Source: Candidatus Yanofskybacteria bacterium RIFCSPHIGHO2_12_FULL_45_19b
GTDB lineage: Bacteria; Patescibacteriota; Minisyncoccia; 2-02-FULL-40-12; IGHO2-12-FULL-4
Assembly: GCA_001794605.1 (NCBI GenBank)
Contig: MGKD01000013.1
Location: 13,463-77,462, forward strand
Direction: 5' to 3'
DNA length: 64,000 nt
The notes below the pieces were generated by a model, which was not told the origin of the DNA, searched no databases, and saw only the letters and a list, made by a program, of their open reading frames with translations. Positions 56,285 to 64,000 of this stretch are shown piece by piece. A program made the translations under genes and the position numbers. Every line of letters begins with the position of its first letter. Position 1 is the first letter of the stretch.

Positions 56285-57372
56285 TTAACAAACTGGTGGT
56301 AAAATTTAAAAATCTGTTGCTGTTTGGACTATGTTTGGTTTACTGGATTTTTCGTGGCTCAGCCAAAAAAACACCAGCTGAAGTAAAAAAGGTTTTGTTT
56401 TTCCGCTCCAAGCCACACGTCGGGGATATGGTTTATGTCACGCCGCTTTTCCGGGCAGTAAAACAAACTTATCCAGAAGCAAAATTAACTTTGGTTGGTG
56501 GTGGCCGGGTGGGTGAGGTGATGGCTTTTAATCCTGATATTGATGAGCTGATTTTTTATCAAGATAATTTTTTTACCATCCTGCGTCGTCTGCGTCACGA
56601 ACGGTTTGACTTTGCTTGTCTAGCTAATCTTGGTTCAATCGAGGGACTGGCCCTGCTCTATCTCTCCGGTGTTCGGTGTATTTCAGTTTTTACTTGGGTC
56701 GAGGCTGGTCAGGGATCTTGGTTGTATAATCTTTTAAAGCGTTTGGTGGTGACTAAGCCCTTTCAGTCGGGGGTTTATGTGCCACCGCTCTATTTGGCTT
56801 TATTGGATCCGATAAAAGCCAATACTGGCGATGCGCACTTCCGGTTGTACTATTCAACAGAAGCTAAAACAAAAATCTTACAACTTTTTACAGAAAAAAA
56901 TATCGATCCACAAAAAGATTTTATTGTCGGTATGGCGGTGGGTGGATCCACTCCTGAGCGTTGGTGGCCAGCCGAACGCTTTGCACGGCTGGGGAAATAT
57001 TTATATGAAAAACATAACGCCAGACTATTTTTGATTGGTGCTGGTAAAGACGAAGAGTCAATCTCTGAAACGTTGCGTTGTTTAGGCAATACGCCAGTAG
57101 TTAATCTACTCAACCAGCCGCTAGATGAGTTTAAGGCCTTCATCGCGCACAGTAAATTGATCGTTGGCAACGACAGTGGCCCTATGGTAACCGCCGATGC
57201 TTTTGATATTCCAAATTTAGTGTTGGTTGGTCCAACCGATGAGCGGGAGTACCACCGTCCTCCCGGATCGCTTAACCGTATCGCCAAGGCAGAAGATAAA
57301 AAGATCAACTCGCTCACTATAGAAGTCGTCCAGAAAGAACTGACTGTCATCCTCTCGGCACTAGGAATCTGA
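56281..57372 (+). CDS. GT9 (heptosyltransferase-like) glycosyltransferase
   Basis: HVGDMV..TP, NPDID, RWWP, GNDSGPM, GPT. Confidence 0.87.
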   Translation: MINKLVVKFKNLLLFGLCLVYWIFRGSAKKTPAEVKKVLFFRSKPHVGDMVYVTPLFRAVKQTYPEAKLTLVGGGRVGEVMAFNPDIDELIFYQDNFFTILRRLRHERFDFACLANLGSIEGLALLYLSGVRCISVFTWVEAGQGSWLYNLLKRLVVTKPFQSGVYVPPLYLALLDPIKANTGDAHFRLYYSTEAKTKILQLFTEKNIDPQKDFIVGMAVGGSTPERWWPAERFARLGKYLYEKHNARLFLIGAGKDEESISETLRCLGNTPVVNLLNQPLDEFKAFIAHSKLIVGNDSGPMVTADAFDIPNLVLVGPTDEREYHRPPGSLNRIAKAEDKKINSLTIEVVQKELTVILSALGI

Positions 57373-57383
57373 CTTACGTGATA

Positions 57384-58342
57384 CGTTTTCTCCTCATGAC
57401 CTTTGCAACACTTCGGCTGGGGTTTGGAATTTGATCCCCATGTGTAAGCGTTGATTGTTGTAATAGTCTAAATATCGTTCAATCTTCCTGTTAAGTAAAG
57501 GCAGATTGGTTTTGTATTGATAGATCTCTTTTTGTAAATCTTCTTGGATAGTTCGATTGAACCTCTCTACATGGGCATTGTCATTGGGTTTTCTGACTCG
57601 ACAGTGCCGATGTCTGGTTCCTAGTGTTTGCACTAACTTGGTAAAGTAGTGAGAGAATTCACTGCCATGATCAGACTGAACACATTGGAATCGGAAAGAG
57701 GCCTTGCGCTGAGCTGCTAAGATGAATTCCTGGGCTAGCCTAGCACTAAGTTTCTGGCTTGCTCTAGCGTACGCCCACCTGGAGCAACAATCAATCAAGG
57801 TAAAGATATATATCCGCTTTCTCTCGTTTAAGTAAACATTGATGGTGTCAGTTTCCACTAATATTCCAGGCTTTTCCGGCATGGGGCGCATGCCTGATAG
57901 ATGATACTTTTTCCACTTACTCCTGGTCTTAACCAGCCCCTTTCTTCTTAAGGTCCGCTCTACACTAGAAAGACTAACCTTAATATTTTCTCTCAGCAGT
58001 TGAGCATGGACAACTTGAGCACATCTTTTTGTTTGCTTTCTGATTTGAACGATTCTTTCCACAATAGCCTCGGCTAGAGCGGTTGGTCTGCCAATCGCAG
58101 CACTGCTACGAGTAGGGATGATTCTTGCCTCAGCCTGAGTGCTTCTTTTCATCCAGCGACTGACTGTACTGGCTTGCACTCCAATGTGTTTAGCGACCCT
58201 TCGCATGCTCCAAACCACCTTGTCTAACCAAGTTAACTGCCCCAGCTCTTAGCTTGGGCATATATGGATTCTGTGTGTATGGCATACCCTCCATTCTATA
58301 CATTTTAAAGCGAGGGTGTTGCCAAGGTGATGAATCATTACG
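57384..58342 (-). mobile_element. IS481-like element 2 (959 bp), CGT...ACG ends, 5-bp TSD TGATA
   Basis: IRs GTGTTGCAAAGGTCATGA / GTGTTGCCAAGGTGATGA; ends align with element 1; TGATA at 57379-57383 and 58343-58347. Confidence 0.82.
57394..58285 (-). pseudogene. IS481-like transposase with frameshift near codon 24
   Basis: GGAGG + ATG 58285 gives MPYTQNPYMPKLRAGAVNLVRQG; WSMRRVAKH..ETD..SDHGSEF..HVERF continues in another frame. Confidence 0.8.
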
Positions 58343-58347
58343 TGATA

Positions 58348-58408
58348 TTGACGTATGCTGTAAAAGTATGTTACGATATGTAAGTAAGAAGCTCTTAAAA
58401 ACTGAATA
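58348..58408 (+). promoter_or_regulatory. sigma70-like promoter followed by a boxA-like motif
   Basis: TTGACG-18-TACGAT (TG-extended); GCTCTTAAAAACTGAATA at 58391. Confidence 0.55.
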
Positions 58409-58436
58409 GTTAACCTTTTTTCAAGAAGGGAGCGAT

Positions 58437-59144
58437 ATGCCAAAAATTGTTGGTGTGATTTGTCGAGGGGTTTTGATCGGTGCGATGTTATACGCCTCCT
58501 TGATCTACCTTGCAAAGTGGGGCGTCTCAATTAACCTGTTCACTATTTTTGTTTCTGTAACTTTTTGTTTCCTGATATTTTGGGGGTCGCTGGTGAGTGT
58601 TGAGACACAGCTAACTCCCAAAGCCAGGGGGAAGCTCTTGGGGCGACTCCTACAGGAATTGGCAAGAAGAAGAGACCGCTGGATTCCTGGACCAGCCTAT
58701 AAACCATTTCATCAACTTTGTACCTGGGGAGCGGGTGAGGTATTGGTGGTGGATCCGAAAAAGAAGGGAAGAGTCCTTCTGCGCTATCGGAGCGACGATC
58801 CCTGGGACGGCTGGCAAGTGATGGGTGGCTATATTAAACCCCTCGAATCGGTGCAGGAATTTTGTAATCGGACAGTGCAAGAGGATGCGGGTTTAGGAGA
58901 AGTGAAGGTGGTAGGAGTGCTGGCGACTTCCAAATGGTTGAATCACCCCTTTTCCTTTCCGCTATGCGTGCTGTTGTTGTGCTATCCCGTCGGAGAGGTA
59001 GTGGAAAGGGAAGACCTTCGCTGGTTTGAGATCGGTGATCTGCCTTTCAACAAAATGCAACACCCTCGGCACCGCGATTACCTGGAGGCTTACCTGGCAT
59101 ATTTGAAAAATCCAGATAAGATTTGTCCAATACTCGGTGAGTAA
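58437..59144 (+). CDS. Membrane-anchored NUDIX-fold protein
   Basis: Two N-terminal TMs; GGYIKPLESVQEFCNRTVQEDAGL degenerate Nudix box. Confidence 0.75.
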   Translation: MPKIVGVICRGVLIGAMLYASLIYLAKWGVSINLFTIFVSVTFCFLIFWGSLVSVETQLTPKARGKLLGRLLQELARRRDRWIPGPAYKPFHQLCTWGAGEVLVVDPKKKGRVLLRYRSDDPWDGWQVMGGYIKPLESVQEFCNRTVQEDAGLGEVKVVGVLATSKWLNHPFSFPLCVLLLCYPVGEVVEREDLRWFEIGDLPFNKMQHPRHRDYLEAYLAYLKNPDKICPILGE

Positions 59145-59171
59145 GCAGTAGGCAAGTAGTTTTTTGAGAGC

Positions 59172-59204
59172 AAAGCCATCCAAAGCGGGTGGCTTTCTTT
59201 TTTT
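59172..59204 (+). terminator. Rho-independent terminator
   Basis: AAAGCCATCC-AAAGC-GGGTGGCTTT followed by a T-run. Confidence 0.75.
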
Positions 59205-59229
59205 ATATTAAAGAGTTAATATCTAGACC

Positions 59230-59628
59230 ATGGGCAAAACTAATAGTATTCTAATTCCAATCTCTCCAGCCGAGTTGATTGATAAGATCTGCATTTTGGA
59301 AATCAAAGCGGAAAAAATCACCGATCCGGAAAAGAATAAAAACATCAAGAACGAACTAGAGAAGTTGCTGGTGATATGGCAGGAAAAAATTGTCAACTCG
59401 CCGGCGCTGGAAAGTCTGAAGGCCAAACTTAAGGCGGCCAGTCTGCGTGGTTGGGAGGCAGAGGATATTAAGCGGGCTTGCGAGCGGGAGGAAGATTTTG
59501 GCACACGTTTTATTGCCGCTGCGCGTACCGCCTACCAAAACAATGATGATCGGGCGGCGATCTGGAAAGAGATCAACTTACTACTTAAATCCGATATTGT
59601 TCAGGAGAAGTCCTACGAAAAATACTAA
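59230..59628 (+). CDS. DUF6165-like conserved protein
   Basis: IPISPAELIDKICILEIK..W.AED..F...AR..Y..NDDRA..QEKSY. Confidence 0.75.
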   Translation: MGKTNSILIPISPAELIDKICILEIKAEKITDPEKNKNIKNELEKLLVIWQEKIVNSPALESLKAKLKAASLRGWEAEDIKRACEREEDFGTRFIAAARTAYQNNDDRAAIWKEINLLLKSDIVQEKSYEKY

Positions 59629-60353
59629 TCTTCTGCTTCGTATAGTTTAGCTTGGCCATCTTTTACAATTACCATATCGCCATTTTTAAACTGGCTTTTT
59701 CCAGTGATGACTTTTTTGATAACTCTTCCAATTACCTCTGGATCTTGGTAAAGCTTGGCATCACCAGCGATTTTTTGGCGCATGGGAGTATTGGTTCGGC
59801 CGGGACAAATAGTAAGGCAACTCAAGTTGGATTTAACCTGCGTAAAATTCTGCGCCGTCACCTTAGAATAAAAATTCAAGGCTACTTTGGAGACAGCATA
59901 GACCGGCGAGTCGGAACTACCCCAAATACCAGCAATAGAGGATATATTAATAACACCACCCCTCTCTTTCAGTAGTGGTGAAAGTAATCTGGTTAAGTAA
60001 ATTACCGCCAGGGTGTTTACTCTAAACATAGCAGAAAAGTCTTTCAGTTTTTCCTCATGCTCGATGTAGCCAGCGGAATTAATTAACCAATCGATAGTGG
60101 AAAACCGCTTTTTTATAGTTTTTGAAAATTTTATTATCTCCTCCAGATTTTCCAGGTTAACTATAAATGAAAAGCACACTCCGCCACTAGCGATTATCGC
60201 TGTCTGAGTTTCATCCAGATGCTTTTTACTCTTACCTACCGCAATAATAGTAGCACCGGCTTCTGCCAATACTTGCGCGGTGGCTTGGCCGATCCCACTA
60301 CCCGCGCCGGTGATGATTATAGTTTTACTAGTTAGGCTATTTTTCATATTCAT
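59625..60353 (-). CDS. SDR-family oxidoreductase
   Basis: TGAGSGIG, INSAG, NISS, YAVSK, CPG. Confidence 0.9.
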   Translation of the reverse strand: MNMKNSLTSKTIIITGAGSGIGQATAQVLAEAGATIIAVGKSKKHLDETQTAIIASGGVCFSFIVNLENLEEIIKFSKTIKKRFSTIDWLINSAGYIEHEEKLKDFSAMFRVNTLAVIYLTRLLSPLLKERGGVINISSIAGIWGSSDSPVYAVSKVALNFYSKVTAQNFTQVKSNLSCLTICPGRTNTPMRQKIAGDAKLYQDPEVIGRVIKKVITGKSQFKNGDMVIVKDGQAKLYEAED

Positions 60354-60355
60354 AT

Positions 60356-62656
60356 TTAGGCCTCAATAATATTAAATTCTGGGCAGGGAACAATAAACTT
60401 ACCACCGGCCTGCAAGTACTGGGTCTCGCGCTGGCGAAACTCGTTGACGAAATGCCAGGGCAACATCAATAGGTAGTCTGGTTTACGCTGGCGCATCTCC
60501 TCTTCGGAGTAGATCGGGATGTTAGTGCCAGCGGTACGCAGGCCATATTTAGCCGGCGAACGTTCGGCAATGCCCTCGATCAGGTGGTTGTCTAATCCGA
60601 ACCATTGCAATAGGGTATTGCCTTTGGTGGAGGCGCCGTAACCCCAAATACGTTTGCCCTTGGCTTTTTCTTGTTTAATAAAGTTAACCGTTTGCGCGCG
60701 TAGAGCCAGAATTTTTTCATGAAAAGCTTGATAAGTCTTGGGGCTATTTAGTTGCAAGGCCTTTTCATGATTTAACACGGTGGCCACTCGATAATCTGCC
60801 ACGTCGCGGTAGGGAGCGCTGGCAAACATTATCGGGTTAGCATTTTGCTTGCGGATATAGATACGAAAACTGCCGCCGTTGGTGTCATTTAGTTGGCAGT
60901 CAACGATCTTTAACTGGTGTTGGTCTAGTAGATACTTTAAAGAAGATAAACTAAAATAGGTAACATGTTCATGGCAAATATTATCAAAGGCCGACTGTTT
61001 GAGCATTAGTGGCAGGTAGCTCATCTGGATAATCCACAAGCCATCATCATCCATAATGACATTAACATCTCGCACAAAAGCATGTAAGTTATCTAAATCA
61101 TAAAACATCGCAATGGAAGTAATCGCCTTGGCCTTACGATCGCCATAACTAGTGCGTTGATAGGCGGCAGCGGAGAAATAGTCCTTGATCACTAGGTCGG
61201 CATGTGTCTCGGCTCCATGAATATTTTGTGCCGGCTCAAAACCTACGCGCACGATTTCTGGCGGGATATTTTTTAATAAAGTTCCATCGTTGCACCCAAT
61301 ATCTATCCAGACGTCACCTTTTTTTAGGCGCATCAACTGCTGTACCGAGGTGGCAATATCCGATAATTCTCTGGTCATAGTCGCGTTAGTGCCGGATTTG
61401 TACCAATACTGGGAATACATCAGGTCGGGTGGGGTGGTATGCGCTAATTGTACTAGACCAGATTGTGGAGCAAGACAAAGTTTTAACTCCTCCTTGTGTA
61501 GGGTGCCACGGTGGTCGGAGGGTATAAAATTAGATAGGTGGATCTCGCCCAAAGAAAAAAGCGGCGTTAGCTTCTCTCCTGAGACGCGACAAGTAGTATG
61601 CTCTTTGACCTGGTCGATCCGATCCTGGATTAGAACTTTAGCCAGGTTGGCCGGCTTTAGATCGGCTTGAAATAAACGATAACCATTATCCGCGATTCTG
61701 GTCAAAACCGCTGGATTGTTTTTGGCGAAGCGAATCTTCTCTGCTAGGTCAATGGCATCGGCCGGTAAGCAGGCCAAGCAGGTCTCTTTTTCTTTTAACA
61801 GCTCAAAGATACCGGGGGCACGGGCGGTTAAATAGGGTAACCCAAGCGCCAGGGTCTCAAAAGCTTTATGTGGGATGGTGCGCTCCAGGCGCTCATGGTT
61901 AGAGAGCTGACCTAAGCTCAAATGCGTTTCCAGCATCAGTCGGCGCAGAACGGAATCGTCTATTCTTTCTCTAATCCATTCCACGTTGTTTAGTTGGTGG
62001 CGTTCGATAAAATCAGCCACTTTTTTGTCCAGCATACCGCGGCCGATAATACGGAATTTTATATTTTCAGCTTTTAAAATCCGAGCGGCTTCTAGAGCAT
62101 ATTCAATGCCCGATTCCGGCGTGAATAGGCCACGGAAAAGTACAGTGAATGCGGGCAATTTTTTTACCGCTAGGTCGGGATAAAAGACCTGATCATCGGC
62201 TCCGGTCCAGGCTCGTACCAACTTCTTTTCCGAAACAAAAAAACGTTTTTGAATGTAGTGCTTTTGCTGGTAACTTTCTACTAAGATTAAATCGGCCGAG
62301 TGGAAGGCTAACCAGTCCACCAGCCAGCAGTACAAGGCTTTTAGCGAGAGCCATCTATTATAATTGCGAGAGACAATGATACCTTCATAAAGTGAGCCAA
62401 TGGCGTTGAAAACAATGCGTTTGCGACTGATTAGGTTTATAAATGGCACCAAGATATGCGCCGAATAACCGACCAGAGCCAGATCATAATCGCCCCTCAA
62501 GGTGCGATGGTGCCGATATATTTTCCAAAATTTAGCTAGGGCGGGCGAATCGTCTAAATATTCAATCACCTCTACGCCATTTTCTTTCAGTCCACGCAAA
62601 TAAACTACGTCGCGTGGTGGCGGAAGCTTAGTAATATTCACATAATAAATCTTCAT
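60356..62656 (-). CDS. Fusion of GT4 and NDP-hexose C-methyltransferase
   Basis: N-half GT-B (PHKAFETLALGLP); C-half DIGCNDG, FDNICHEH, NGGS, GYGASTKG, LPWHF, GGKFIVP. Confidence 0.85.
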   Translation of the reverse strand: MKIYYVNITKLPPPRDVVYLRGLKENGVEVIEYLDDSPALAKFWKIYRHHRTLRGDYDLALVGYSAHILVPFINLISRKRIVFNAIGSLYEGIIVSRNYNRWLSLKALYCWLVDWLAFHSADLILVESYQQKHYIQKRFFVSEKKLVRAWTGADDQVFYPDLAVKKLPAFTVLFRGLFTPESGIEYALEAARILKAENIKFRIIGRGMLDKKVADFIERHQLNNVEWIRERIDDSVLRRLMLETHLSLGQLSNHERLERTIPHKAFETLALGLPYLTARAPGIFELLKEKETCLACLPADAIDLAEKIRFAKNNPAVLTRIADNGYRLFQADLKPANLAKVLIQDRIDQVKEHTTCRVSGEKLTPLFSLGEIHLSNFIPSDHRGTLHKEELKLCLAPQSGLVQLAHTTPPDLMYSQYWYKSGTNATMTRELSDIATSVQQLMRLKKGDVWIDIGCNDGTLLKNIPPEIVRVGFEPAQNIHGAETHADLVIKDYFSAAAYQRTSYGDRKAKAITSIAMFYDLDNLHAFVRDVNVIMDDDGLWIIQMSYLPLMLKQSAFDNICHEHVTYFSLSSLKYLLDQHQLKIVDCQLNDTNGGSFRIYIRKQNANPIMFASAPYRDVADYRVATVLNHEKALQLNSPKTYQAFHEKILALRAQTVNFIKQEKAKGKRIWGYGASTKGNTLLQWFGLDNHLIEGIAERSPAKYGLRTAGTNIPIYSEEEMRQRKPDYLLMLPWHFVNEFRQRETQYLQAGGKFIVPCPEFNIIEA

Positions 62657-62665
62657 TTTTTAGTT

Positions 62666-63601
62666 TTAAATTAAATGATTTTGTTTAAACCAGGCAATCG
62701 TTTTTCTTAATCCGGTTTCTAAACTATGACGGGCTTGGAAGTTAAATTCCGCTTTAGCTCTGGAAACATCCAACCGACGGCGTAGCTGGCCATCTGGTTT
62801 GGTTTTGTCCCAACGGATTTCTCCCCGGTAACCCATTAGTTTACAGATCAACTTAACTAACTGACTAATTTTTATTTCTTGGCCACTGCCGATATTTACT
62901 GGCAAAGAGCTGTTATATTTTTTAGTGGCCAAAACAATGGAGCGCGCAGCATCCTCGACATATAGGAATTCGCGCGAGGCCTGGCCACTTCCCCAGACTT
63001 CAATAAACTTACTCTGGTTTTCTTTTGCTTCACGTACCTTCCTGATTAAAGCTGGTATGACGTGTGAACTGTTGGTAGAAAAATTGTCACCTGGACCATA
63101 GAGATTTACGGGCAGGAGATAGATAGCATTGAAATCATATTGCTGTCGGTAGGCTACCGCCTGAACCAAAAGCATTTTTTTAGCCAAGCCATAAGGGGCA
63201 TTAGTCTCCTCTGGATAGCCAATCCATAAATCCTTTTCTTTAAAGGGAGCTGGGGTATTTTTGGGATAAGCGCAAACTGTACCAACGGCAACAAATTTCT
63301 CGACACCGGCTTGACGGGCGGTCTCCATTAGCTGTACCCCCATCATCAAGTTGTCATAAAACAGTTCACCAGGCTTTTCACGGTTATAACCAATACCGCC
63401 AACGTTGCCGGCTAGATGAATGACAATATCTCTGCCACGAACTGCTTTCTGGCAATTTTCTAGTTTGCGGAGGTCAAGTTGCTTAGACCGTGGAATGAAA
63501 ATATTTTCTTTTTTGTAGCCCTGCTTAATGAGTTCTTGAACAACAAATTTACCCAAAAACCCAGCTCCACCAGTCAATAGGATTTTTTTATTGCTCGGCA
63601 T
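62666..63601 (-). CDS. fcl: GDP-L-fucose synthase
   Basis: HLAGNVGGIG, CAYP, YGLAK, NLYGPGDNF, SHVIPALI, REFLYV, KPDG. Confidence 0.93.
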   Translation of the reverse strand: MPSNKKILLTGGAGFLGKFVVQELIKQGYKKENIFIPRSKQLDLRKLENCQKAVRGRDIVIHLAGNVGGIGYNREKPGELFYDNLMMGVQLMETARQAGVEKFVAVGTVCAYPKNTPAPFKEKDLWIGYPEETNAPYGLAKKMLLVQAVAYRQQYDFNAIYLLPVNLYGPGDNFSTNSSHVIPALIRKVREAKENQSKFIEVWGSGQASREFLYVEDAARSIVLATKKYNSSLPVNIGSGQEIKISQLVKLICKLMGYRGEIRWDKTKPDGQLRRRLDVSRAKAEFNFQARHSLETGLRKTIAWFKQNHLI

Positions 63602-63998
63602 TGAGGTCGGCTTCTACCATAATTCTAACCAACTGAGGGAGTTTTGTTTTTGCCTGCCAGCCAAGTTTCTTTTTGGCTTTGGTGGGGTCGGCTCTTAAGA
63701 CGTTAACCTCGGTTGGGCGCAGATAGTTTTTATCGATAACGACATATTTTTTATAATCACCGAGGCCAGCCTCCTGAAAAGCTAATTCTAAAAAATCCTT
63801 AATGGTATGGGTTTCGCCGGTGCCGATAACAAAATCTTCTGGTTTGTCTTGCTGCAACATTAGATACATGGCTTCGACATACTCTGGTGTATAACCCCAA
63901 TCACGCTTGGCATCAAGGTTACCCAAGTAAATCTTTTTCTCTAAACCGGCTACAATATGAGCGATCCCGCGCGTGATCTTTCGGGTAACAAAAGTTTC
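63588..63998 (-). CDS. gmd: GDP-mannose 4,6-dehydratase, 3' part (runs off the window)
   Basis: ETFVTRKIT..LGNLDAKRDWG, MLQQ, RPTEV..L..D..KAK..LGW. Confidence 0.93.
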   Translation of the reverse strand, partial: ETFVTRKITRGIAHIVAGLEKKIYLGNLDAKRDWGYTPEYVEAMYLMLQQDKPEDFVIGTGETHTIKDFLELAFQEAGLGDYKKYVVIDKNYLRPTEVNVLRADPTKAKKKLGWQAKTKLPQLVRIMVEADLNAEQ

Positions 63999-64000
63999 GC

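Overview
AT-rich bacterial chromosome segment (standard code, TGA used as stop, many apparently leaderless genes). Gene content suggests Patescibacteria/CPR (Parcubacteria-like), which is an inference. It is a cell-envelope supercluster. (1) 1-3.2 kb: beta-helix/Ig surface protein, an FN3-dockerin protein and a membrane-anchored cohesin. (2) 3.2-5.5 kb: tRNA-binding protein, CapA-family phosphoesterase, and a REP-associated tyrosine transposase (RAYT) with four cognate palindromes plus a relic capA 3' end. (3) 6.1-11 kb: winged-helix protein, 12-bp-periodic repeat array, DnaA box, long leader and a ~1200-aa S-layer-like gene. (4) 11-30 kb: two TMTC-like GT-C/TPR proteins, other GT-C proteins, a GT4 array, GT2s and a small flippase-like protein. 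(5) A GC-richer reverse trio: peptide, Maf/DUF115 protein, B12 radical SAM. (6) 33-53 kb: Wzm/Wzt and a nonulosonic-acid biosynthesis/tailoring block flanked by two paralogues that look like circularly permuted sialyltransferases. (7) More surface proteins (one shares a ~120-aa domain with the S-layer), GT9, NUDIX, a GT4/C-methyltransferase fusion, fcl and partial gmd. Two related IS481-like elements both sit with their 5-bp target duplication abutting a sigma70 -35 box. No rRNA, tRNA or CRISPR was seen. All calls are by eye; no database searches were run.
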